DNA from: a virus
Direction: 5' to 3' (one strand)
DNA length: 41,333 nt
IMG/VR virus record: IMGVR_UViG_3300045988_083272
Coordinates: 1 to 41,333 of that record
In this document: one piece after another, positions 24,316 to 34,138 of the stretch
Numbering within the stretch: position 1 is the first letter of the stretch
Layout: each line of letters opens with the position of its first letter
Notes under the pieces: model-generated
The model's input: only the letters and a program-made list of their open reading frames with translations
What the model was told of the DNA's origin: nothing
Databases searched by the model: none
Position numbers and translations under genes: made by a program

Positions 24316-24879
24316 ATGCCCACCATCCGGCAAATAGAAGAGGTGTTCAGCCCCGAGCGGATCATCACCATCTGCGAAGACGAGTTCGGTCCGCTGGCCG
24401 AACAGATCGCCTTTAACATAATGACCAAAAGGACCAACAGCGGCGCCGATGTCAACGCTTTGGGGCTCCCGGAGGAAACGACCGGAGCGACGGCCGAAAG
24501 CCTTAAAACCATCCATGAATCTACGAACGGCGGACTTACGGTCTCATTTGTCGGGCGCAAAGGCATCAAGAATATCGACGAGGGAAGTTCCCCGCAAGAC
24601 GTGCAGGAGGAGTTCGGCAGTTTCGGGGCCTTTCTGAATGCCATCGAGCGGTGGGCGCGAGCCAAAGAATCGCGGTGGAATCTCGAACCAAGATCGATAA
24701 ATGCGTATGGCGTTGCTTCGAGCGTCTGGGATCACGGAAACGTACTCCATCAGGAGGGCGGCGGAACGGAGATCATGAAAGACTTGCTGCCCGAAGTTGT
24801 CGAAAGGATCAGCGAAAGAATCACGGAGGAGCTCGACACCTCCATTTATAAACTATTAGATGCGACGATAGATATATGA
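24316..24879 (+). CDS. Hypothetical structural-module protein
   Basis: 187-aa ORF. Confidence 0.55.
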   Translation: MPTIRQIEEVFSPERIITICEDEFGPLAEQIAFNIMTKRTNSGADVNALGLPEETTGATAESLKTIHESTNGGLTVSFVGRKGIKNIDEGSSPQDVQEEFGSFGAFLNAIERWARAKESRWNLEPRSINAYGVASSVWDHGNVLHQEGGGTEIMKDLLPEVVERISERITEELDTSIYKLLDATIDI

Positions 24880-25886
24880 AAACTATTTGGGGAGGGGATA
24901 ATTCAATAACGGTACCTAATACTTTTTTCTGTACCAAAAGCCGATACGCATACGTCAAGGTGGCATTAGAAGAGGCTTTGCGCAATCAAGATGTAACCCT
25001 CGAAGTTTACGACGTGGCCAACGAGGACGCCAGCAAGATAACCATTGCCCGCAAAACCGATGATCGGGGCGTCGCAATATTCCCTATCGGCGCGGTGTGC
25101 GAGTCTTTGGTAAAGGAGTACGGCGAAGGTATTGTCGTGATGTTCAACGCCTCCTATCCGGGCGGAGGTGCCGGATACTCGTCGCGTCCGATTGTCGGAT
25201 ATGCTGACTATGAAATCAAAGCCCTCAATGTGGAAGCCAAAGGCGACACGAATGCCACCAACTACCCGGCGGCGAAAAAGATAGTCATATATCCTTATGG
25301 AATGTTTCGTCAAACCGTATTCGTCCCGGCGTCCAATGCCGTTACATTGAGTGATCCCGAACGGCAATTAACATTCGCCCAAGAGATTGGGCCATATATT
25401 GAATTCGACCCTGTGTCTGTAGAAGATTTGGATTATACGCCGACAGCTTTGATGGCTTCTATACTATATGACGCAGGGGACGAGATGTCTATATCTATCC
25501 CCGTAAAAGTTGACCTGTGCACAAGCGGCGTATTCCTCAAATGGATCGACAAATCGGGTATCCCGTATGTATACCGATGGACCCCCGAGATGACGACCGA
25601 CGAAATGTCCGTAGATTCCACCTATACGCAACTCGATGAAACCCTCCAGCCTTTCGAGGTTCAGAACAAGACCCTAACCAAGCGATACACCTTGCACAGT
25701 CGAATCGTCGAGCGGGATATATACGAGATGTGCAAAACCATCATCGGAAGCCAGGCAGTGTGGATGTGGGATACTACCCTTTCCGATTGGGTGCGCTGCT
25801 CTATGGATGACAGCGAGGCCGAGGATAGCGGAGCACCGATGCAAGACCTGGTTATTGAAGTCGTAAAACGCGAGTACAACCTATGA
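24876..25886 (+). CDS. Hypothetical tail/baseplate-module protein
   Basis: 336-aa ORF with 4-nt overlaps at both ends. Confidence 0.55.
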   Translation: MKTIWGGDNSITVPNTFFCTKSRYAYVKVALEEALRNQDVTLEVYDVANEDASKITIARKTDDRGVAIFPIGAVCESLVKEYGEGIVVMFNASYPGGGAGYSSRPIVGYADYEIKALNVEAKGDTNATNYPAAKKIVIYPYGMFRQTVFVPASNAVTLSDPERQLTFAQEIGPYIEFDPVSVEDLDYTPTALMASILYDAGDEMSISIPVKVDLCTSGVFLKWIDKSGIPYVYRWTPEMTTDEMSVDSTYTQLDETLQPFEVQNKTLTKRYTLHSRIVERDIYEMCKTIIGSQAVWMWDTTLSDWVRCSMDDSEAEDSGAPMQDLVIEVVKREYNL

Positions 25887-28663
25887 CGACCTACGAACTT
25901 TATATCAACGATATTCTGTGCGACCTGTCGAGTGACGAGGTCATAACCCTGCTTTATCAGAGTCCGATCTTTTCGAGCCTCGACAGCATTCAGTCGAACC
26001 GGTCTTATAACATCGCGCTGCCTCCCACGCCTGCAAATATGCGGGCTATCGGCCAGGCAGCCCGCCCGGATGTGGATGCCGACGCTCCCTATGTGCGCCT
26101 TCCGGCGGCATTGTATCAGGACGGGGTGCCGCTGTTCACGCAGGGGTTCGCCGTGGTTACGGATATTGCGGACACTATCAACGTGACCCTCACGTGGGGC
26201 AATGCGGACAATTTCCAGCCTTTGTTCGACGCGAATCTGCGGGATTTGGGGCCCCAGCTGGAGGCCGCCGGGGAGGATTACATCGAGTGGAACGAGGACT
26301 CGGCAATACTCAAAAAGGGATCGGCCCCGAGCGGCGGCGTGGTCAGCTATCCGAGTGTAGCCTTTTGGGGCATAGATTTCGGAATGGGGCTGTCCAATCC
26401 CAAATATCTACATCCGGCTATTGATGTGTGGCGGATACTGTACAGCATTCAGCAGGCGCACGGAATCATCATCGAGGATTACCGGAGGCTGTATGGAACC
26501 TTAGAGCTGCCGCCCATTGTGCCGCTGGTGTCGAAAAAAGCAGACTATAAGCATAATTATGCTTACAAATCAAATAGTGAAAGCCCCATATCCATAAATT
26601 TATATTTTAATGGAGACGACCAGGCCGGTATAGCCGGGTTCCCATCTGGCACTATGGGATTCAAGAACAATGGGGCAACAACTATCAAACTATCTATTTC
26701 TTCTTCGAATGCAGATAATTTCTATGTTAGGTTTAATTGGCCGAGTTATGGTGAGGAGAGGAATGGGACCACAACGATGTCTATATATGGCACTCGTTAT
26801 ACGGGTGAGCGCGACGTATTGTATAAAGCAACATCTCCATACAATACTAAAAACGGCAAAGTATTGTTTAACAATTTAGCCCTTGACATAAATGAGGCAT
26901 TCAAATACATAGGATTTAATGTTAGTTTCCAATCATCGGACGTATTGCCCGACGAGTATCTTGTAGGTGACGTTTTAGTTTTTGGAGATTTCGACAATTT
27001 CGAAATAACATACCCGAATCCTTTTTATGTCGCCCCCAACCTCCCCGACATCTCACAAGGCGATTTTATCCTCGCCATGATGAATATGCAGGGCCTGTTC
27101 GCCTATGCGGACAAAGACAACCCGAACACGATAAAGTTGATAAGCATCGACGACATAATCGCCAATGTTCAGAAAAACGACATCATCGACTGGAGCGACC
27201 GGGTAATTCTGAATGATATTCACCGGGTAGATATGCCCGATGCGTCGGTTTTCACCATTGATGACCTCGCGCAAAGCAATATTCTCGACTACGACAACGA
27301 CGACGATGTAAAGACCGACACGCACGGCACCATCACGATCCGGAACGAAAACATCGAGAAAGAAGCGGAGCTTGTAGAGCTGCCTTTCTCGGCATCGGAA
27401 AATGCGACCACGGACGGGGTAAATTGCGCCGTTGTACCGATCTATGAGGATGACGGCAAAGGCGGCGCCAATCACTCGGAATGTTCGCCGCGTATATTAG
27501 CATGGAAAGATGATCAGACATATAACAGTTCTGCCATCTGTACGGGGCGTTTCGACACGTGGATGAAGTTCGGCGGCGAAAATGGCATCGTGAAGACCCG
27601 ATACGCCTCCTATCAGAAAGTCGTTGACCGCCTCAGGATCATCACCGTCCGGGCAAAACTCACAGCTCTCGATCTCTATAACCTCGACTACACGAAGCCG
27701 GTATATATCGCCCAATTCGGGCATATATTCGCCATCTATTCGGTCGAAACGGGCGAGGACGGCATTTGCGACTGCCAACTGCTGAAATTGAAGGTAGACG
27801 GGGTTGTGCCTGCCCACTACTACCTGTATTTGGACGGTAAGGACGCCGACCAAAGCAAGACCGACATAACATCTGCCGGAACAACTATTACGTCTAGTGT
27901 TCAGTCGAATGGTACGCCCTATGTGGTTTCGAAAGACAGCCGTTTGACGGTGACGCTTCAAACTGCCGAAGACGGCACGATATTGCTCACTATAAATGTT
28001 CCTCAAAACACATCAGACGCAGGAATCAATTACGACCCCGTCATTCTTGGTATCAGCGAAGACGACCATGTGCGCCGGGGAATAAGCATATCGCAGAAAG
28101 GCAAAGAATACTATCTGACGCTCAATGGCGCAGCCGGGGATATTGCCTTAGATACAGCGAGCGGTGGCGGAATATTAAACATCGGCTGCCAAACCAACGG
28201 CACGGCCCAAATATCGGGTTATACTGAGGGGGTTATTACAAACGCATACATGAATGGCATCTCCGCTATTCGAATTATCGTCTCTGCTAACAAATCCAAC
28301 CAGCAAAGAACAGGACAGGTAACGGTATATCTTAAAGAATCCCCATCAATAGAGCGTAAAATTGTTGTGATACAGGATGCGGCCGCAGCAGAGCGCATGG
28401 TCATCATCGACGTGCACGCCTGCGGAGTTGAAGCTGGCGAAAATATAGAGCTTATGTTCGAACTCACTACTTCGTGGCTTGGCTGGTTCGATGTATTAGA
28501 CGATCTGACGGTTCGAGTCTCGTTCAACGAATTATCCAGCATGATAGGCCAAGAGTTAACAGACCATGTAGGTGAGCGGTTCTATATCGAAGCCAGCAAC
28601 AACGGCGAATGTTGGTTCGGACCAATCCCTGCCTCCGGGAACATCGAGGCTGAATTAGTTTAG
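25883..28663 (+). CDS. Large tail/host-interaction protein with two tandem Ig/BACON-like modules near the C-terminus
   Basis: 926 aa. Contains two roughly 95-aa modules, each starting YYL(Y/T)L(D/N)G. An internal low-GC patch lies at 26520-27000. Confidence 0.6.
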   Translation: MTTYELYINDILCDLSSDEVITLLYQSPIFSSLDSIQSNRSYNIALPPTPANMRAIGQAARPDVDADAPYVRLPAALYQDGVPLFTQGFAVVTDIADTINVTLTWGNADNFQPLFDANLRDLGPQLEAAGEDYIEWNEDSAILKKGSAPSGGVVSYPSVAFWGIDFGMGLSNPKYLHPAIDVWRILYSIQQAHGIIIEDYRRLYGTLELPPIVPLVSKKADYKHNYAYKSNSESPISINLYFNGDDQAGIAGFPSGTMGFKNNGATTIKLSISSSNADNFYVRFNWPSYGEERNGTTTMSIYGTRYTGERDVLYKATSPYNTKNGKVLFNNLALDINEAFKYIGFNVSFQSSDVLPDEYLVGDVLVFGDFDNFEITYPNPFYVAPNLPDISQGDFILAMMNMQGLFAYADKDNPNTIKLISIDDIIANVQKNDIIDWSDRVILNDIHRVDMPDASVFTIDDLAQSNILDYDNDDDVKTDTHGTITIRNENIEKEAELVELPFSASENATTDGVNCAVVPIYEDDGKGGANHSECSPRILAWKDDQTYNSSAICTGRFDTWMKFGGENGIVKTRYASYQKVVDRLRIITVRAKLTALDLYNLDYTKPVYIAQFGHIFAIYSVETGEDGICDCQLLKLKVDGVVPAHYYLYLDGKDADQSKTDITSAGTTITSSVQSNGTPYVVSKDSRLTVTLQTAEDGTILLTINVPQNTSDAGINYDPVILGISEDDHVRRGISISQKGKEYYLTLNGAAGDIALDTASGGGILNIGCQTNGTAQISGYTEGVITNAYMNGISAIRIIVSANKSNQQRTGQVTVYLKESPSIERKIVVIQDAAAAERMVIIDVHACGVEAGENIELMFELTTSWLGWFDVLDDLTVRVSFNELSSMIGQELTDHVGERFYIEASNNGECWFGPIPASGNIEAELV

Positions 28664-28693
28664 TTATTAACCATTTAACCCATATGAAGAGAT

Positions 28694-30874
28694 ATGGCAC
28701 AGGACACTATCGACAAGATCATTAATATCCAGTTCAATTATGGCGAATTGGTGCAGGGATGGCAGAAGGCGACCCGCGAAATCGAGATAAACAAAAAGAA
28801 TCTCGCAGAGCTGAAACAGGAATACAAAAACGGCGAAATGTCTGTCTCGGAGTACAACCGCGCCCTGTTGGAGATCACGAGCACGACAAAGGCGCTGACA
28901 GCCGAGAAAAAGGCCTACGAGAAAGAGATCCAGCAGAACATCAAGATCGAGACACAGGCTACCGGTTCATTAAACCAGCTTCGGGCCAATGTCTCCAAGT
29001 TGACAGCACAGTACAACGCCCTTTCGGCTGCCGCACGCGAAGGTGAAATGGGCAAACGTATGGCCGCAGACATAAAAAGCCAGCAGGAGGCCGTCACGGA
29101 GGCCGAGAAAGCTCTTGGCAATTATCGGTCGCAAGTAGGTAGCTATGAGGAAGCGATCCGCGCCGTTCTTCCGGCAGAGATGTCCCAAGTCGTGACATTG
29201 GGCAAAACCATAGATAAAGCGGGAGGTGTTACAAAGGCTTTCGGGCTGATGACTGCGGCGGTAGGCCGAATGATTAAGGCGGCATTGGCATTCGTTACCA
29301 CTCCATTAGGTGCGGTACTGACAGCATTAGCAGTAGGAGCTGCTTTGGTCGTCAAAAACTGGGGCAAATTAACGGACGCATTGGGGATAACAAGCCCGGC
29401 AAGGGAAGCCGCTAAAGCTATCGAAAAGCTAAACGAGCAACTCGATTATTTCAATAATAGAGCCGAGAAAAACGGGACCGAGGCCCTAAAAAGATACACC
29501 GAAGCCCTTAAAAATGCCAAAGGGGATGCCGAAGCATTGGCCAAAGCACAAAGGGACTATAATATTGAGTTGCTGAACGCCGAGTATGAACGCGCAAGGA
29601 TAGCCCGGGAGGCTGCATATGAGGCCGAAGCAAAGGCGTACGCTGCATATGCCCGCAGACAGAACGATGAAACGACAAAAGCCCTCCAAGAAGCTAAGGA
29701 TGCAGTTCAAAAGGCAAACACCGATTTTGCGCAAGCCGATTATGAAAGAACAAAATTTCATGCGGACGCATTGGCTAAACAGGTAGAGGACGAGAAGAAA
29801 GCCGCAGAGGAGGCAGCCAAACTTCGCACCGCCGCCACAAAGAAAGCCGCCGAAGAAGAAAAGAAAGCCCGGATCAAGGCCGCCGAAGAAGCGCATGAAA
29901 AACTCGTCGCTTTATGGGATCGGGAACAAGCGGACGAGACTAATCGTATAGGCGGGCTGCAAATGGCTATTGCCCAAAAAGAGGAGGAATACAAAAACCG
30001 ACTTCTTAAGGCGCAAACACAAGGTGGAGATACCAACGCCCAAGAAGAGATGATCCGTATTGCTCAGGAGCAGGTCAACATACTACAGGAGCAGTTGCAA
30101 GATGTAGAAACGTTCAGGACCGCATACGAGGCGATGGGACTTTCTGGAATTGAAATAGACAATAAGCGTCTCGAAGCCTTGAAAGCACTACAAGATGCGC
30201 AAAAAGCACTTCAAGGTGCCCAAAACAAAGCCGCCGAGGACGAAAGAAAAGCCCAAGAACGAAGCACCGCAATGAGCATACAATCGGCACAGCAACTGGC
30301 CGGAGCATTGGGAGGGCTCGCAGAAGCCGCCGGAGCTGATGCGGGGGTTGTCGCAATGTTGGCAATCGCCGAATCGGCCGCTGCGATGGGAGCGGCGTTA
30401 CACAAAGCATTTTCATCTTCCGCTACTGTTTGGGATGGTATTGCCGGGGCGGTGGCTGCAATTGCGACCATTACGACCATAATAACGCAAATTAAATCGC
30501 TCAACAGTTCCGCAGAAGAAGAAAGAAGTAAATACCGATACGCCTCCGGCGGCCTTGTCACGGGCCCGGGAACCGGAACTTCGGACAGCATTCCCGCAAT
30601 GTTATCCAACGGCGAAGCTGTGATGACGGCCCAGGCTGTCAACGACTGGGGCGCAATGCTATCGGCCATGAACGTGGCAAGCGGCGGAAACGCCATCCAA
30701 GTATCGAATCTTCCCCAGCGCAACGACGGCATGAAGGGGATGGAGCGCATGATGGAACGGGCCCTGATGAATATGCCGGCGCCCATTGTTTCGGTGGTTG
30801 ACATCAACAAGGGGCAGAAGCGGGTCAAGGTTCAAAACAGCCTCGGAAAATTAGGACGGAAAAAATACGAATAA
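28694..30874 (+). CDS. Tape measure protein
   Basis: 726 aa with an Ala/Lys/Glu-rich coiled coil, hydrophobic segments, and C-terminal GGLVTGPGTGTSDSIPAMLSNGEAVMT, typical of tape measure proteins. Confidence 0.8.
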   Translation: MAQDTIDKIINIQFNYGELVQGWQKATREIEINKKNLAELKQEYKNGEMSVSEYNRALLEITSTTKALTAEKKAYEKEIQQNIKIETQATGSLNQLRANVSKLTAQYNALSAAAREGEMGKRMAADIKSQQEAVTEAEKALGNYRSQVGSYEEAIRAVLPAEMSQVVTLGKTIDKAGGVTKAFGLMTAAVGRMIKAALAFVTTPLGAVLTALAVGAALVVKNWGKLTDALGITSPAREAAKAIEKLNEQLDYFNNRAEKNGTEALKRYTEALKNAKGDAEALAKAQRDYNIELLNAEYERARIAREAAYEAEAKAYAAYARRQNDETTKALQEAKDAVQKANTDFAQADYERTKFHADALAKQVEDEKKAAEEAAKLRTAATKKAAEEEKKARIKAAEEAHEKLVALWDREQADETNRIGGLQMAIAQKEEEYKNRLLKAQTQGGDTNAQEEMIRIAQEQVNILQEQLQDVETFRTAYEAMGLSGIEIDNKRLEALKALQDAQKALQGAQNKAAEDERKAQERSTAMSIQSAQQLAGALGGLAEAAGADAGVVAMLAIAESAAAMGAALHKAFSSSATVWDGIAGAVAAIATITTIITQIKSLNSSAEEERSKYRYASGGLVTGPGTGTSDSIPAMLSNGEAVMTAQAVNDWGAMLSAMNVASGGNAIQVSNLPQRNDGMKGMERMMERALMNMPAPIVSVVDINKGQKRVKVQNSLGKLGRKKYE

Positions 30875-30877
30875 TTC

Positions 30878-30908
30878 TTGCACAATGTGCCGAAGGTTAG
30901 CACCTTTG
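30878..30908 (+). promoter_or_regulatory. Late promoter-like motif, copy 2
   Basis: cTTGcacaatgTGCCGAaggttagcaCCTTTGaca. It matches copy 1 at 27 of the first 32 positions. Confidence 0.5.
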
Positions 30909-31035
30909 ACACGAACGCTTATGAGGATATAAGCCGCGAAATCATGTACGAAACGACACATACATATCGCCACCCTTTCGTGGCCGCATCTGCCATAAGC
31001 GCGAAGTGCTTTGTCTAACTTAACACATCAAACTA

Positions 31036-31614
31036 ATGGCAGTACAAACATGCACCACTACGCTCGGGCGGGACATTCTCAACGACTGCAACGAGCCCCA
31101 CGCTAAAGGCGTGGAAAAGTTTTTCTATTTCATCTCCCGGGATGCTATCGACTGGGACAAATCCACGCGCGAGGGCCACGTGATTACCAACCTGGTGGCT
31201 CTGACCGGCAAGCGTGGTTACAAGGTCCGGAACCCGTCGAATGAAACCCCGGCGATCACCATCACAGACCAAAACCCGAGCATCGACACCGCGTGGGACA
31301 AGGTTCTGCCCGTTACCCTCTTGGCCGACAGCCCGGAGAACGCCGCCGCCATAATGGGGCTCAAGCAGGACAAATACGTCTGCATTTACGAGAACATGGA
31401 GAAAGGCGACGCAGGTAAGCAAGCGTTTGTCGTCATCGGCTGGGAGCAGGGCGCAACAGGTGTAGACCTGAACATGGACAAGAGCGGGGACACCGGCGGC
31501 TGGACAGGCAACATTACCGAGACCGGAGCCCCGACGTCGCAACTGTTCTTCTACAAGACGGACTACGCAACGACGAAGGCGGCCCTCGAATCGCTGTGTT
31601 CGGCAGCGGACTAA
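31036..31614 (+). CDS. Hypothetical structural protein (possible tail tube-like)
   Basis: 192-aa ORF. No diagnostic motif. Confidence 0.45.
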   Translation: MAVQTCTTTLGRDILNDCNEPHAKGVEKFFYFISRDAIDWDKSTREGHVITNLVALTGKRGYKVRNPSNETPAITITDQNPSIDTAWDKVLPVTLLADSPENAAAIMGLKQDKYVCIYENMEKGDAGKQAFVVIGWEQGATGVDLNMDKSGDTGGWTGNITETGAPTSQLFFYKTDYATTKAALESLCSAAD

Positions 31615-31616
31615 TC

Positions 31617-31997
31617 ATGCAGACACAGGAATGGTATAGAGAGAGGGTTTCGGCCCCCTCTCTATCCGATGCCGACAAGGCTGTTATCAGAGCGGATTGG
31701 GAGGAGATCACGGGCAAGGATTTCACCGCATCATTCAATGCCCGGTGCCCGAACTGTCATCACGATGCGGCAATACTAATTTTACGGACTATGAACAAGC
31801 AGGAAAACGGCGGATACATCCTTAAGAGGGGTATCGCTTTCAGATACAAAGGCAAAGTATATACCGCCGACAATATCACGGCTCCGGCGGCTGAATGGTA
31901 TATCGCGCAAGACCTGAAACACCGTGACGATTTCGAAGCGCTCGCAAAAGATTACGACGAGTACGAAACAATATCTCCGAAACGCAAAGAGGAATAA
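31617..31997 (+). CDS. Hypothetical protein with a CxxC pair (start trimmed)
   Basis: MQTQEWYRERVS...FNARCPNCHHDAA. The Met lies 2 nt after the upstream stop. Confidence 0.5.
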   Translation: MQTQEWYRERVSAPSLSDADKAVIRADWEEITGKDFTASFNARCPNCHHDAAILILRTMNKQENGGYILKRGIAFRYKGKVYTADNITAPAAEWYIAQDLKHRDDFEALAKDYDEYETISPKRKEE

Positions 31998-31999
31998 AT

Positions 32000-32854
32000 A
32001 TGGCCGATGACAATATTCGCCACGTCAACTGTGCCAGCGATTTCCGTATTGTATTCGCATTTTCAGACGGCAAGTTACCCGATTATCCGTGGCGTTTAGG
32101 GCTTAAAACGCCCAACACACCGTCATATAACATGTATGTTGCCTCGTTTGACGGGACGACATACAACAACTGTTCGCCGCTCGACGATGAATCTATTATG
32201 GTTTTTGTAGACCATCATCGTCTGGCCCCCGGAATCCTGCATTACTATTTGCAGACGGACGCCCCCGACAGCCTTTTCCCCGACGGAGAAATGAATATCA
32301 CCATCCCCGGCACCGTCAATATAGAGCTGTGGGAGGGTCCGAGTGACGGGGACACGCCGCCGGAAGTTACAGTAATCGTCGAACGCCTGTTGAAAGGCGA
32401 CAAAGGTGATCCGGGCGAGGCCGGTCCCGCTGGCCCGGAAGGTCCTGTCGGTCCGAAGGGCGACACGCCGGAAATCACCGCAGACGAGCAGGGCAACATC
32501 TATTCCGACGGAGAATTGTTGACCTCCGTTGTCGCCGAGGCAGCCACCAAAGCCAATGCGGCCGCGGAACACGCCGAAAATGCCGTCCCGGTCATCGAGG
32601 AGATCGAGGGCGCTGCGGTAACTATCGACGTTCAACCGAACCACATCTACAAATGCGGCGAATTGACCTCACTGACGATTCAGTCTGTGGTCGATTCCGC
32701 GCAGATCGCCGAAGTTATCTTCACCTCGGGAGTTGCGGCGACGGAACTTGCACTTCCGGACACCTTGTCAGGCGTCACCGGCTGGCAGATTCCGCAGCCG
32801 AACAAGACCTACAAGATTTTCTTCCAGTCGAACACGGCGACCATATCCGATTAA
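32000..32854 (+). CDS. Tail fiber protein with a collagen-like segment
   Basis: GDKGDPGEAGPAGPEGPVGPKGD gives seven G-X-Y triplets (32396-32464). Confidence 0.7.
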   Translation: MADDNIRHVNCASDFRIVFAFSDGKLPDYPWRLGLKTPNTPSYNMYVASFDGTTYNNCSPLDDESIMVFVDHHRLAPGILHYYLQTDAPDSLFPDGEMNITIPGTVNIELWEGPSDGDTPPEVTVIVERLLKGDKGDPGEAGPAGPEGPVGPKGDTPEITADEQGNIYSDGELLTSVVAEAATKANAAAEHAENAVPVIEEIEGAAVTIDVQPNHIYKCGELTSLTIQSVVDSAQIAEVIFTSGVAATELALPDTLSGVTGWQIPQPNKTYKIFFQSNTATISD

Positions 32855-32857
32855 GCC

Positions 32858-33694
32858 ATGGACACGCTTCTTTTGGAACATTTCGCCGCGGTATCGAAGA
32901 TCGCCGCCGTCCGCCAGTCCCGGAAGCGGCAGCAGGGGGTAAAAATGGGATATGGAGATAGAAATGTATATTCATCTTCATTTACCGGTACGGCATTAAC
33001 GAGCCCGCAAATTCCGATCGGCACTTCGAATTTCTCGATTGAATATTACGGAAACGCCTACGGCTCTGGGAACGGTTCCAGTCCGTTATTGATTAATAGG
33101 GCAACCTTGGGATCGATAAAAAATCCTTCATTCTTTCAAGTATATGGCCTGCGCTTAGGCTATAATGATTTGAGTTGGGTTACATTTAGTGCCCCGGACG
33201 GGGGTAATATTACTACCGATTCCCTCAATTTTAACTATTCAGTACCTGATTTAAGTGCCAAATTCCATCTGATTATCACTCGCCAAGGTCGAATGATTAA
33301 TGTCTATATTGACGATATGCTTATAGCATCTAAAGAACAGACAGAAATAAAAGACTTTGGATCATTTGCTCTTTGTATCCTCAATTCCTCCGACGTTGGC
33401 TTTACCCGTGTTTGGAACTACGCTCTTTCATCATCAGAGGTCGCAACACTTTATAACAACGGCGATCCGGCGGGGCATGTGCTCCCCGCAAAGCTGAAAG
33501 ACGGAGAGCAGCGTTGCATCGCCGAGTATCTACCTCAGAACCTTGTAGCGGATAATAACGGACTTGTCTCCTCTTGGCTCGACTCCGCCAAACAACTCCC
33601 GATGAACGACGAATACATTCCGCCGTTGCTGGAAACCGCCGGAGGCTACGATTTGACAGCCGAAGGAGCCCCGGAGATCATCTATAAACTCTAA
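32858..33694 (+). CDS. LamG/concanavalin-like receptor-binding protein (alternative start at 32945)
   Basis: LIITRQGRMINVYIDDMLIASK...FTRVWNYALSSSEVATLYNNGDP is a typical Laminin_G_3 signature. Confidence 0.65.
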   Translation: MDTLLLEHFAAVSKIAAVRQSRKRQQGVKMGYGDRNVYSSSFTGTALTSPQIPIGTSNFSIEYYGNAYGSGNGSSPLLINRATLGSIKNPSFFQVYGLRLGYNDLSWVTFSAPDGGNITTDSLNFNYSVPDLSAKFHLIITRQGRMINVYIDDMLIASKEQTEIKDFGSFALCILNSSDVGFTRVWNYALSSSEVATLYNNGDPAGHVLPAKLKDGEQRCIAEYLPQNLVADNNGLVSSWLDSAKQLPMNDEYIPPLLETAGGYDLTAEGAPEIIYKL

Positions 33695-33710
33695 TAAAAC
33701 ATATACACAC

Positions 33711-34130
33711 ATGAACTACGCAAAACTTATCGACGGTCGGCTCGAATGGGCACCGAATCCTGTCAAGATCGACGGATATACCGTTTCGAATCCCGGCCCT
33801 GACATCCTGGTATCTTTGGGGTACAAAGAGGTGATCTATCCCGAGCCTCCGAGCGATCCGGAACAGATCGTCGCAGAGGAATCCAGAAACATGATTCCGG
33901 TCTACATCGACGAATCCGATTGCATCCGCGTTTCGTATGTCGAAGCCGAACCGGAGCCGCAATCCGATCCGAAGCAGCTGCGGGAAATGGCCTATCGCGC
34001 CGAAGCGGACCAATACCTGATGGCTTACGAAGGTTACGTCGCAGAAGGTAAGATTGCCGAGGCCGACGAACAGAAGGCGCTGTGCCTGGCCAAGAAGGCC
34101 GAAATCAGGGAAAGGTTCCCGGACAAATAG
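33711..34130 (+). CDS. Acidic protein, possibly a tail-fiber assembly/chaperone-like protein
   Basis: MNYAKLIDGRLEWAPNPVKIDGYTVSNPGPDILVSLGYKEV pattern. Lies after the fiber genes. Confidence 0.4.
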   Translation: MNYAKLIDGRLEWAPNPVKIDGYTVSNPGPDILVSLGYKEVIYPEPPSDPEQIVAEESRNMIPVYIDESDCIRVSYVEAEPEPQSDPKQLREMAYRAEADQYLMAYEGYVAEGKIAEADEQKALCLAKKAEIRERFPDK

Positions 34131-34138
34131 CACCGACA

